Below, one piece after another: positions 38,489-50,179 of a stretch of DNA of 64,000 nucleotides. A program made the translations under genes and the position numbers. Numbering within the stretch: the stretch's first letter is position 1; each line of letters begins with the position of its first letter. Below the pieces are notes generated by a model that was not told the origin of the DNA, did no database searches, and was given only the letters and a program-made list of their open reading frames with translations. Origin of the DNA: Gekko japonicus (taxonomy: Eukaryota); contig NW_015161964.1 of the NCBI RefSeq assembly GCF_001447785.1, positions 227,944 through 291,943 on the forward strand. The letters run 5' to 3'.

Positions 38489-39149
38489 AAGCCACTGATT
38501 TAAGTATTCATGAAGACCATGATGTTTATCGTTGTAAATTAGTTCTTAAAAATAGATTAGAATCTAAAGAGCCCCTTATGCATACATAAGTGTCTTGTGG
38601 TGTTTTTTTATTATTTGTTTTTGTTTTTGAAAAGCAGCTGAACCCAGTGCCAAATCACAGACTGCATTTGAAACTATTCTGTTTTAAAGCCAGTTTGTTA
38701 TGTAATGTGGGGTGGGGGTCTAGCATAAACCAAATCCAGCAGTGCAGTCATGTGGAGAGTTGCTTCAACTTGGAGCAACTACATAAGATTGCACTGCAAA
38801 GCCCTTTGGGTTACTAAAACCGACTTTACAGCTAATTGGATTTTCAACCTATAAAATAGCAATTAAATAGGTGTGTAGATTTTAATAATGTTGCTGTCTA
38901 TTCTATTTTTCTTATAGTATATTCTAAACTATTTACATAAAAATAAAAATACTTATGTATCACAACACAAGCCATGAATCCTACATGGTCAAAGGCCTTA
39001 GAAGGTTGTAACTCTGTTTAGGAGCACACTGTGAATTTCAGTAAAGGATTAGCAAACAGGAACAATTGCCAGTTCACACAGTAACATCCAGTTGGAAAGT
39101 GCACTGAAAGTGGATTATTTAGTATGTGTAACTGCAGGAAATTTTCAGG

Positions 39150-39620
39150 ATATAATGGAGGTTTATAAAATTATGCATGGAAAGTGAATAGAGCTTGTTC
39201 TCCCTCTACTATGATACCAAAACTTGGGGCACTCAATGATGTTGTTGGGAAATAGGTACAGAACAGAGAAATGGAAATAATTCTTTACTTAATGAATAGT
39301 TAAATTTTGGCATTCATTGCCAGTGGACACGGTGATGGCAATGTAGATGAGTGTAGATGGCTTTAAATGGGGAGTCTGACAGATTCATTGAAGATGGCTC
39401 AATGGCTACTAGTGATGGTGAGTAAAGGAAACCTCCATATACAGAGGCAACAAACCTCTGGATACCAGAGCTAGGAAGCAGCATCATGAGAGGTTCTCAT
39501 TTTCTATGCTATTTGTTGGCCCTCCACAACAACTGGCTGGCAGCTCTATGAAACAATGTGCTGGACTAGATGGACCACTGGCCTGATGCAATAGTCTCTC
39601 TCTCTCTCTGTTTTTATGTA
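39150..39620 (+). mobile_element. Old degenerate CR1 3' end
   Basis: GAGGTTTATAAAATTATGCATGG ... GGACTAGATGGACCACTGGCCTGAT, homologous to 5670-6140. Confidence 0.8.
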
Positions 39621-40542
39621 GTTCTGAAGGCATGGAGTTGGGGGTGGGGAGTTGCATACAAAGTACTCAGGCTCATATATAGAAAGGCACATTTGAAACT
39701 TATGCCTCTCAGTACTTGTGGTATTACTCTGATTATTACACACCACTGAAAGAAAAGTCTATGTGATTCATGGACATGGTGTTCTGCTCAGCAGCACATA
39801 TGCTATGGATGTGATAAATGCGTGTCAAAGCTGTCCTTTCCAGGATGCAAAATCAGTTGGTGTTTCTTCTTACTAGATATATTTAAAGCAAGGTCAAAAT
39901 ACATTTAAACACAAGTATTTTGCCATAAGTTGCCTGGGTTGTGAAAAGCTACCAGTTTGAATCACAGTATTCAGGGGGGGAAATGTGCACTTACATTATT
40001 TTACTAACTTGCAGTACTTTCACTAATACCAACTTCTACCAGCTCCTTTTCCCCGTTTTAAATAATACATTTTTGATATTTCATTTAGATGAAAAATTAC
40101 TTTAAGCTTCCAAAGCAGTTTATCCAACACATGCTGCTTTAGTTTCAAGGTCAGTATTGAATATTTTAGTTGCCTAATCACATGCAACATGAAAGAGTAA
40201 TGACAGTTCTACTGGATGACCCACTATAGATGTAGTAGATTAACAAGGAGCTAATCCCTTCTGAGTCCATAGCCCATTCTGGATTGTGGGAGAAAAAAAG
40301 AGCATTCTCAAAATAGGATTCTTAAAACACTGCTGTTGAACTTCTTAACTAAAATCTGGTATGCCAAGAATGTCTCCTATTGATGCAATTGATACAGAAT
40401 TAAACTAAAATAATATGATTTTTTTCTTTTATTTGCCATCATAATGCAATCTTATTCATCTTTCAATTATTTATCTCACAATTCAATTATTCTTAAATAT
40501 TGATTATTCACATGAGTGTTTGAATTAAAAGAATGTGACTAC

Positions 40543-40748
40543 CAATGCTCCCTCTAAGCTGCAGAGTCTTGTGAGCAAAAACTCTACTTTGTGAGCTACT
40601 GGCATTAAAGTTGTGAGTGAGCAATTTGGCTACTGGATAGATTAGTTTGCTCTGGAGCCATCCTTCCTGAGCTAAGACAAAAATGTGTGAGCTGGAGGCT
40701 AGAAAATGGTGAGCTAGCTCACACTAACTCAGCTTAGAGGGAACACAG
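40543..40748. mobile_element. hAT-type MITE, copy 2 of the 278-484 family
   Basis: TIRs CAATGCTCCCTCTAAGCTG / CAGCTTAGAGGGAACACAG; TSD GTGACTAC / GTGACTTC. Confidence 0.9.
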
Positions 40749-40839
40749 GTGACTTCTAAAGGTATATTGGGGGGGGGAAGCCAGGGTCCTTGGGCACTAA
40801 AACATGTGAATAGATTTAGAGTGGCATAAGGATTTTCTA

Positions 40840-41105
40840 GAGGAGGAGGAGGCGGAGGAGGAGGGGAAGATTCAATTTATATCCCGCCCTTCACTCGGAG
40901 TCTCAGAGCGACTTACAAACTCCTTTCCCTTCCCCACAACAGACACCCTGTGAGAAAGGTGGGGCTGAGAGAGCTCTTTCAAGAACAGCTCTGACAGAAC
41001 TACGGCTTGCCCAAGGTCATCCAGCAACTGCATGTCAAAGAGTGGGGAACCAAACCCGGTTCTCCCAGATTAGAGTACGTGCATTTAACCACTGCACCAA
41101 ACTGG
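40840..41105 (-). mobile_element. Squam3-like SINE
   Basis: Reverse complement of the 6939 family, with (GGA)n tail. Confidence 0.85.
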
Positions 41106-44100
41106 TTACACTGCACTATACTACACCAAAGCCTACTTTCATCAGATTCTTGAAGTGTGTTCTCACAAACATGGATTCACAGGAGAAAAATACAAACTGT
41201 GAGATCAAAAGCCTACTAAAACCCATGAACTAATACATACATTTGGCAGTCTTTAATGTGCCACAAGAATCTGCCCCCCCCCTGCTGTAAATGTAACATG
41301 GCTAACCTTCTACAGAAATCTTAATGGTTTTTCCAGAGTCTAATACAAGAGCATCCAACATGGATGCCACTTTGAAAAGACATTGATATCTCACTTTTTT
41401 TGGTACAGGTCCATAGCTATCCTATCAAAAGGACATCATGATTCATTGGCAGTTATGCATTGTCTTTTCATACCTGAATAAACTTCCCAAGAGCACCTTA
41501 GGGACCAGCAACATTTCCCTAGAATATAAGCATCTGTAAGCTCACATTCTCAGGTATTTTTTGCATGCCTGAGTTATGAAAGTTGCAAGAGTCTTTAAAT
41601 TTTAGGGACAATTCACATATGCATCCTTCTTGTAGTGGTTTCTGTTTCCCAAGTATCATTAGACTACATGATGTACCTGGGAAAAGCAGTTCTAGCTAAT
41701 GCTTTTGTGTATGTGGAAATGCAGTATTTTAAAGATGCAGGAAGCGGAGGCTGGAGTAACCTCCGCCCAATGCTTCAGGAATGCAGCTTGAGGTCATTTT
41801 TTCTTCTTCTTTTCAGCTGAGCTGTGATGGTCTGTACAATTTGAATTAGAGTGGGGGCGAGGAGAGAAGGTGACAGTCAGCTTTAAGGATTTCAGCCTTT
41901 CCTTGGTCTTGGCTAGAAGTACATTTCTTGAGTACATCTCTCTGTCTGAAAGCACAGGAGAGGCAGCCATGGGGCTGCAGCAGGCGCCCCCCTACAAACT
42001 GCAATGGCAGCCAACATATTTACTTTGATGAGTTTGTCCCCCCCACACACACACACACCACAAAGCTGACTAGCACTGCTAATAAGTTTGTTAACACCTT
42101 CATGCTGGGGGAAGAATGAACAAAGTTTTTTCCAGAGAGTATGTGTAGAAAAGCTGTGAGGGGGAGTGATAACCACAACTCTATACAATATTAATGGTGT
42201 GGTTTAGACAGTGTTATTTTAAAATAGTGGCATTAGGGAATCTTCTCATTGATATTCCATTCAAGCTTATTCCAAATACCACATACCTATGCATTTATTG
42301 AAAAATACAATAGTGTATATTATCTGCAGATAAAGATTACTGTGTGTCAAAACTATAAACAAGCCTTTTAAACATGCTCTCTTTCCTTTAGTCATCTTTG
42401 AGTTTAAAAAGCCACTTAAGAAATATACAAAAAAGTCACAATCATTTACATTGGAAATACACACATATATATTTCTTTTATTAAGAAGACAATAAAATCG
42501 AACCCTCTACAAATATATGTGTATAATTTCTCTAGAGCAAAAAAAGAGACAGAAATTTATTTTGGCTGGCAAGATTATGTGTTATGAAAAGGGGGAAAAC
42601 ATTAGACTATTAGATACATTCAATGAACCTTCAAACCCACTCCAGCAGCAGGGATAAATAATTTCATAAACTCTACTTCATATTCTGTCTCCCTAGTGCA
42701 ATAGACAGATATTAAAAATAAAACTTTAAACTCATGAATAGTGGTGTACAATATCAAAACCATATAGTAAGTAAAATGTGATAACAATATAAAGGCTTAA
42801 AAAAATTATGCTTTCTAAGAAATTGATGTAGTTCTCTTGCCATGAGGGCAGTATTAGTGAAATTTGAAAAAATGAAGTAGCTAGTTCTTAAATTACACTT
42901 ATTGGAATACAGAACCCTTGTTTGCACATATTTCCAGCAAATAACTGTAGATTTCAGCAGAGGCTATAAACATAGGCTAGGTTAAGCAACAAGAAGAAAT
43001 GACAACATTTAAAGAAAGCTGTTGTATCTTTGATTCCTTCACACAAGGTATGATCAATCCTAACTTGAATTAGGTGATTGCTATCGTAATTAATGTCCGC
43101 AAAACCATACTGTAAATGGAACTGGGTTAGTATAAGGGCTTGATAAAATATTCTGTTTTAAACACAGGAATAAATAACATGATAACCATCCTTAGCCATT
43201 TAAATGTATTTATTTTTACCTAATATGAGAGTGTGAAAAGCATTTTATTAACATTCATCCCAATCATAGCCTACATAAGAGAGAAACACTTTGTTTAATC
43301 TTTATTTAGTTCCATTTTGGTTCAGTGGAATTACAGTCAGCATAAATCTGTGACCATCTAATTGTCTTGGATGATTTAAAATAAATACCTCAGTCACTAC
43401 ACTACACAACCAAACCTGCTTTAAACATCCTTGCTACTAGGATCCACAAACAAAAAACAGAGGTTTAAATGTTTTCTACAAGGTTTGAATTTTTAAAACT
43501 AGCATGCTAAATCCTATAATTTAATTTGGAATAAGTATTCCTGACATATTTCCTTTGTTACATAGGTTTCATCAGTTTCATTTCAGCACTCTTGATTTTA
43601 ACTGATTCTGTTCTAATCATTAAACAATCAGAAAGTTCAGCACTATGTGAAAAATAACCTTGTCCATGTAACTATTAAGAAAGGGAGCCAAATTGGGCTA
43701 AATCCCAACTAAATCAATGGCAGGTGCTGCATGTTTACTCAGAAACCCACTGTGTGCATCAAAATCTTAGTATTCCAGTTTATGTGGTCAGGTCTATCAA
43801 CCACACCAATTGTTTTCTTCTATAAATACTGCACATTGTCAAGATACTGCATCTGTAAGGCACAACTGATAATTCAACTGCTTTTACAGCCCAGTCCTAG
43901 CCAACTTTACTCATGGATGTTAACTTGCTTAATTCTGTGCCTTCCAGTTCCAGCAACAAGGTTACAGGTAACTGCAAGGGCTGCTTTGCTGTATTGGCCA
44001 CCTTCTCCTGCCTACAGAAAAAAACAGCAGTCAGGAGCGCAAGAAGGGCCAGACTTCCTTTGTCTGAAGAGTTGGCGTTTCAGTTGGCAGGGAGATTTGG

Positions 44101-44149
44101 GGCAGGAGCATCTTTCCGAAGAGCAGCTCGGCTTGCGACAAATTCACGT

Positions 44150-44900
44150 TCCATTTGAAGGTCTAGCCACGGATTCAGTCAAGGAGGCTTTTAGCTAGTG
44201 ATGCTAAAAACGAAACAGATCCTCCTCCTCCACGGGGGCCAGTGTCATGGACGGGCTTCAGCTAGCAGCCCGAGCCCGAGCCCCGAGTGGGGACAGGAGC
44301 AGGAGCGCGCAAGGCCGTCCCTTCCCATTAGCGCTGTGGAGGAGGCAGGGTCAAGCCGTCGTGTCCCCGACCCCCGCCGCGACCTGAAGGGAGCTGACTG
44401 GGCCGGAGGGCGGGAGGGAAAGGGGCTCACGCGCCTCATTAAGGAGGCGGCTGCATCCAGGGGGGGGGGGGCACGAGGGCCCCTCCACCTGTGGGCGCCC
44501 CGCCGTTCTCTGGGCTGGTCTCTCCCGACTGCAACCCAAAGGTCGTCGGAAGGGCTTCCTTTCCTCCTCTAAGCACGAGCAAGGCCGCACCGGAGAGGGG
44601 CAGAGCCAGACAAGCCAGGGCAGCGGGGGGGGGGGGGGGTGTCTTGACTAGCCCAGGGAGCTGAATCAAGCTCGTCGTCTCCCCCGCCCCGGCGCTCCGT
44701 AACCCCCTCCCAGCCAGCCAGGGTCGCGCGTGTTTCCGTGCCTAGGCTCCAAAGCCTCCAGCGCGAGCGCGCCCTGCTGCCAGCCACAGTTGCCGCCCGG
44801 GACTTTTGGCGCACCAATCCACGCTCCTCGAGCAAGCAGGCCGATGAAGACCGAGACGCTTTGGAGAGCCCAACCAGACACAACAACGGCTGCCGATTTT
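44150..44900. promoter_or_regulatory. CpG island upstream of MAB21L1
   Basis: Visibly high GC and CpG density against AT-rich flanks; poly-G runs. Confidence 0.75.
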
Positions 44901-46439
44901 GAACAGCCCCAACCTAAACAGTTCCCAGCTTGCGATACTAAAGATGCTACTTTTCATCAGGAAAGCGTCACTGCTAAGCAACAGCTAGACTTTTAGGGCA
45001 AAGTGATTATATCCATATAAATAGGTTTCCTTAAAGACACAATCTTGATTTTGGTACCCCGGATCTTCAGTTCAACAAATTATGCAGACACAAGTGACGT
45101 GTTTGGGATTTTCTGAAATGCATACAAGGAAAAATGTGGGGGGGGGGGGGGGGAGGAATGTTGAACCAATGGGCGTCGTTCGGAGTCCATTACATGCGCC
45201 TGAATCCCACTGAAATCAGCGGCATTTAAGTATAATGTTTAAGGGCTTAACTCTTCTCCCGGTCTTAAACGCGAAATTTGGAAGAAAGCCCCGTGGATTT
45301 CAGAAGAACGTCATTCGGAGCAAAATCTTGTCGTTCATTAATTTTAAAACTAAGATGTATATATGCTTTGTGAAGCCACCCGCGAAAAAAAAGAGAAAAA
45401 GCTCTTCTGGTTGTTTCTACATATTCGAACTGTTCTTTCGGCTCAAAGATGGAGGAGGAGGAGGAATGATTCCTTATTGCAACGTTCCGTCCAACTAAGA
45501 GCTCCCCTGACAAGATGATCTTGGTCCATTCCGGCTGCCCCGTCCTGAAAAGTCCGTATTGGCAGAGGACCTGCCGGCCAGCATGACAAGCACTTACCTC
45601 TAGCCAACCTATTCCCGGCCACCTCTCCCCACAGCCCTGTTCACAACTGTTTAAACCGGTCCTGACTGCAGATTACAATTCACGAGAAAATAAACAGCCC
45701 TTCAGCCCATTAATAAACATTTATTTTGCAAAATCAACAAATAAGTGCGTAGAATGTCTCTGTATGGTATGCACACGTGTTACATAAATAAGGTAAAGAT
45801 GCAACTAAGTTAATAGCAAGAACAATTGACGCTGACCACCAGCTGCATAGCTTTCCAACCTCAATCCGAAAAACTGTCAACTCCGGTCACCGACTGAATA
45901 CCTCATTCATCTGCTACTAATCTAGGAAGCCAGGTAGAAATAAGACAATATTTGCATCCAATCGATTAACACCGGCCAGATCGCCCTTCAAACTGTTTAA
46001 TGGGGATGGAGGGAGGGGGGGGGGAGAAGAGAAAAATATTTTATGGCTCCGCACCAGTGACTCCCTAATACTAGACTAAGGTGGCTGACTAGAGGAAAAC
46101 TTTTGCCTTGCTGTTTCCACCCGTCTATCTCGTAGCTCCAGTGGAAGCCAAGTCTTAAAGTGGGAGGTCTCCCCCTTTCTTCCCCCGAGCGTGTCTCCGG
46201 CTCCCTAGTCGAAGGATGTCTCTTAATGACACCTGCAAGTTCCCGCTTCTGCGATAAACCGGCTGCGAGCGCCTGAAGAGGTGAGTTTCCCGAAGTCCTT
46301 TCTCAACGGTAGCGCGTTTAGCGGGAGAAACTTAAGCCGAAAGATCCTGCCGGATTCCCAAACGGGTAGGCGGCCTGGCTGGTGCGTTTCTGCCATCAGA
46401 CCCCAACCTTTAGTTTGCCTGTTTCTCTCTAGCTCCAAG

Positions 46440-46600
46440 AGAGGGATTAATTAAACGGGCTACAGCTGAAGGAGGCTGCCGTGACGAGCCCAGTGGCGAT
46501 TGGCCGCCCGCCTGCCTGGCCCTGCCTTTATAATTTCCACACGAGTGCATCTGGGCTCTTATACAAACCCACAGCCAGCTTTTTCTGACATACACACACA
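46440..46600 (+). promoter_or_regulatory. Putative MAB21L1 proximal promoter
   Basis: GGATTAATTAA homeodomain site (about 46444-46454), reverse CCAAT box GATTGG (46498-46503), TATA-like TTTATAAT (about 46527) and CTTATACAAA (about 46558), followed by a (CA)n/CG-rich leader, inside a CpG island. TSS position is inferred. Confidence 0.55.
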
Positions 46601-46822
46601 GCGCGCGCACACACACACGTACACACACCGAGCGAGCGACACAGAGAGAGACCCAGCACTTTCCCCACCATCTGACTAAGAACCCTGCGCAGGCAGTGGC
46701 TACTGCAGGAAAAGCATAAATAAATACATACTCAGAGCCGGTGTTATTATTTTGACTGTTGGGAGCCTTGCTGTGTCTGGGTTCAAACTTTGATATATAT
46801 ATTTTTAAAGCTACAGCTCTCA

Positions 46823-46855
46823 ATGCTTTTTACTGCTCACTCAAGGACTCTTTAA
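46823..46855 (+). other. Short upstream ORF (MLFTAHSRTL*) in the putative MAB21L1 5' UTR
   Basis: Only ATG between about 46560 and the main AUG; out of frame with the CDS; TAA at 46853-46855. Confidence 0.6.
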
Positions 46856-46906
46856 AAGAAGCAGGGTTTTGTTTTTTGTTTTTTTAAAAAAGACCCACAG
46901 ATCTAG

Positions 46907-46979
46907 CAGCCAGCCAGCCAGCCAGCCAGCCGAGAAGGCATTTGAGAGAGAGCGGAGCAGCAGCAGCAGCAGCAGCAGC
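46907..46979 (+). repeat. (CAGC)6 plus (CAG)7/(AGC)8 repeats in the MAB21L1 5' leader
   Basis: (CAGC)6 at 46907-46930; (AGC)8 at 46956-46979. Confidence 0.95.
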
Positions 46980-47135
46980 AAGCGGCCGCCCAGAGCCTTT
47001 CGCAAGCCTCTGGTTACGTTTCCCAGCGCCAGGCAGCCTGTTTCTCCTCTGAAGTTGGCTCCCGCCTTAGCAGCCGCATTGGATCCCACAGCCTACTGCG
47101 AGACTCCGGTCTACAATCCGGATCTCTGCCCCAAC

Positions 47136-48215
47136 ATGATCGCGGCCCAGGCGAAGCTGGTGTACCATCTGAACAAGTACTACAACGAGAAGTGCCAAGC
47201 CAGGAAAGCGGCCATCGCGAAAACTATCCGCGAAGTCTGCAAAGTGGTCTCGGACGTGCTGAAGGAAGTGGAAGTGCAGGAGCCGCGCTTCATCAGCTCG
47301 CTGAACGAGATGGACAACCGCTACGAAGGCCTGGAGGTCATCTCGCCGACCGAGTTCGAGGTGGTCCTTTATCTGAACCAGATGGGCGTCTTCAACTTCG
47401 TCGACGATGGCTCTCTGCCGGGCTGCGCCGTGCTGAAGCTGAGCGACGGGCGCAAGCGGAGCATGTCCCTCTGGGTGGAGTTCATCACGGCCTCGGGCTA
47501 TCTGTCGGCCCGCAAGATCCGCTCGCGCTTCCAGACGCTGGTGGCCCAAGCCGTGGACAAATGCAGCTACAGAGACGTGGTGAAAATGGTGGCGGACACC
47601 AGCGAGGTGAAGCTGCGCATCCGGGATAGATACGTGGTGCAGATCACGCCGGCCTTCAAATGCACCGGGATCTGGCCCCGAAGCGCTGCCCACTGGCCCC
47701 TGCCCCACATCCCCTGGCCGGGTCCCAACCGCGTGGCCGAGGTCAAAGCCGAGGGCTTCAATCTCCTGTCCAAGGAGTGCCACTCGCTGGCCGGCAAGCA
47801 GAGCTCGGCCGAGAGCGACGCCTGGGTCTTGCAGTTCGCCGAAGCCGAAAACAGACTGCAGATGGGCGGCTGCCGGAAGAAATGCCTCTCGATCCTCAAA
47901 ACGTTGCGGGATCGCCACCTGGAGCTGCCCGGACAACCCCTCAACAATTACCACATGAAGACTCTGGTTTCCTACGAGTGCGAGAAACATCCCCGGGAAT
48001 CGGACTGGGACGAGTCTTGCCTGGGCGACCGCCTGAACGGGATTTTACTGCAGCTCATCTCCTGCCTCCAGTGCAGGCGATGCCCGCATTACTTCTTGCC
48101 CAATTTAGACCTCTTCCAGGGGAAACCTCACTCCGCCCTAGAAAACGCAGCCAAACAGACGTGGCGGCTGGCTAGGGAAATACTCACCAACCCAAAAAGT
48201 TTGGAGAAACTCTAG
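47136..48215 (+). CDS. MAB21L1: Mab-21-like 1 (cGAS/Mab-21 nucleotidyltransferase-fold protein), intronless, 359 aa
   Basis: AUG in CCAACATGA context at 47136, TAG ending 48215. Protein MIAAQAKLVYHLNKYYNEKCQARK...REILTNPKSLEKL has the MAB21L1-type residues (VYHLNKYYNEK, SLNEMDNRY) rather than the MAB21L2 ones. It is nested antisense in an NBEA intron, as established for vertebrate MAB21L1. The ORF-track start at 46869 is a TTG. Confidence 0.98.
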   Translation: MIAAQAKLVYHLNKYYNEKCQARKAAIAKTIREVCKVVSDVLKEVEVQEPRFISSLNEMDNRYEGLEVISPTEFEVVLYLNQMGVFNFVDDGSLPGCAVLKLSDGRKRSMSLWVEFITASGYLSARKIRSRFQTLVAQAVDKCSYRDVVKMVADTSEVKLRIRDRYVVQITPAFKCTGIWPRSAAHWPLPHIPWPGPNRVAEVKAEGFNLLSKECHSLAGKQSSAESDAWVLQFAEAENRLQMGGCRKKCLSILKTLRDRHLELPGQPLNNYHMKTLVSYECEKHPRESDWDESCLGDRLNGILLQLISCLQCRRCPHYFLPNLDLFQGKPHSALENAAKQTWRLAREILTNPKSLEKL

Positions 48216-49068
48216 AGGGCAATGAACTGGCGGCCTTAAACTATTTAAAATCGCCTTTTGTGTGCGCGCGCGCGTGTGCCTGTTTTGGAGGATTCTGTTA
48301 AAGAGCGATAGGGAGAGAGCAAAGGGTCTCCATTCGAGAGTACAAACATCGCGCTACCTTAGAAGAAGAGGCCGTCCACACTCACACACACACGCAAAGC
48401 CAACAGCAAGTATTATGATCCTTGTTTGCATCACAAATTTTAAAAAAAAAACATTTGAAAAAGTGTATGATTATTACCTGGGAAAATGCAATATCGGCTG
48501 TAATTAAGCCTGATTGTGACCACTCTGCTTACCAATGGATTATAAAAAGGCTGGTATTTTTTATGTAAACCTCTATGTGAGTAAAAGCGTTTGGATACGC
48601 CATCAGAGCAACAGCTACAAAAACCGTTTCTTCCCATGTACGTTTTTAATTTGTATGGAATAATGTGATTTCACATTGTCTTTTGAAATTGTGGATGTTA
48701 GTGTTTTGTGATCTGGTGAACAGAAGTTAAATTGCCATTTTTGGATACTTCAGGACATTTTTTTCTGCTTAAGAAGATACCATTTAAAAGGTAGATTTTA
48801 TCATGGTACTTTTGTTAATTGTCTTTTGAAGTGTCTGAATTTAAAAGTTTACATTTTTTTGTTTCAAATATATTGCTTGTCCTATTTCTAACATTCCATA
48901 ATTATACTTGAAATGTTATTTAAATATATTCAGAAGAAATTTGGATTTTCCTTATATAATTGTGAATATTGGAATTATATATTTGAAAAAAATGCACTTG
49001 AAATACACTGGATAATTACTTTTTGTGACTTAGATTTAAATTCTGTTAATTTTATTTAATTACAAGTT

Positions 49069-49088
49069 AATAAATAAAGTAAAATAAA
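49069..49088 (+). terminator. Clustered polyadenylation signals for MAB21L1
   Basis: Three AATAAA hexamers (49069, 49073, 49083) at the end of a roughly 870 nt AU-rich 3' UTR, followed by a GT-rich stretch (CGGTTTGGTTTG). Confidence 0.7.
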
Positions 49089-50179
49089 TATGGTTAAGCG
49101 TTTCAGTACTCCATTCGGTTTGGTTTGATAATGCATCCTGCAAACCGGACAGGGCTGTTGGATTATGGATATATCTTTATATCTGCAGCCCTTTGCTGCC
49201 TCCTGTTAGTTTTCTATTCTTAAAATAATCTTAAAAACAACTCCTTGTAACATATGCGAAATATGGGGTCCTGGAAGCCATCACCAACTGTCACAGTCCA
49301 GTGTGTGGTAATTTACCTAGTAACATTTTTACAACCATCAGAAAATAAATCTTTTCAAAGATGTACTGGACCAGGTTCAGGCGCCTCTCCAGTTTAGAAA
49401 CCAAGCTGGAGCCCCCTCTGTCAAAAAAGTCCAGCTCCTTAATGAAGTTAACACTTCAGGAGTAGGAAAGAAAAACTGCAAACTTTATAGGTTCAGAGGA
49501 TCAAGTTAACTGCCCTAAGGTGAAGGGCGCCTTTACCTCCGCCCCAAACGTCACTGGCCTTGCGATAAGGCAGCTACTACCCATGGTGTTTGGAAACGGG
49601 AGGGCAAGCGCCTGGCCCTGGGGATGCTCAGCCAGAACCAGCGGGCCTCTTCCACTACTCATGCTCCACTTCTGCCCCATTCACAGCAGCACAGGGTTCC
49701 TTCGGGATGCAGACCCCTCGCAGCCAAAAGGCACATGTGCTGGCAAACGCAGAGAGGAACCAGCCAAGGCCGGGAGTAGGAATGAGATTTGGCAGGTAAT
49801 GTGAAACTTCAGCGGCCTTCAAAAACTCTGCCCATACAAGGCTTGCTTAAGCAAAATCCTCACTTATTGCCATGTTGCCAACTCATTGTTGTCTAAAAAT
49901 CCAGGATGACACACAACACATTTCGATCATCCATTCAAGAATGACAGGCCGGCAACGAGCAGATCGCCTCCACAGAAACGACCCCCAATTACTGACAATC
50001 CTCACCGGTTAAGGCTGCATTAAAATCACATGAACGTAATTGTGAGATATAACCAGTTTCCCCCTCACATTTCTGAGGACTGCGAACTCCACGATAGGAT
50101 CACAATCGGTGTGCTTTATTTGCCAAAGGTGCCCGTTCCAAAGGAGAGGGTGCGATTCCTATTGCTATTAAAGCCCTCT

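Larger units (their letters stand above)
46150..48300. promoter_or_regulatory. CpG island covering the MAB21L1 promoter and CDS
   Basis: Dense CpGs; strongly GC3-biased codons. Confidence 0.85.

Noticed and set aside
40100-40125. CTTCCAAAGCAGT resembling the reverse complement of the next NBEA exon (TALE)
   Set aside because: Short chance match; the flanks do not encode the expected peptide.
43875-43975. Possible + strand exon (CTTTTACAG| ... CAG|GTAACT)
   Set aside because: Moderate splice signals only, with no supporting frame or context; indistinguishable from chance.
46869-47135. ORF-track start giving a 448-aa MAB21L1
   Set aside because: The start is a TTG in a poly-T tract with poor context. 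The canonical start is the AUG at 47136; only shorter non-AUG extensions are considered plausible.
47067-47990. 307-aa antisense ORF and other overlapping ORFs across MAB21L1
   Set aside because: Expected shadow of a GC3-rich CDS (few antisense stops); no recognisable domain and no NBEA-like peptide.
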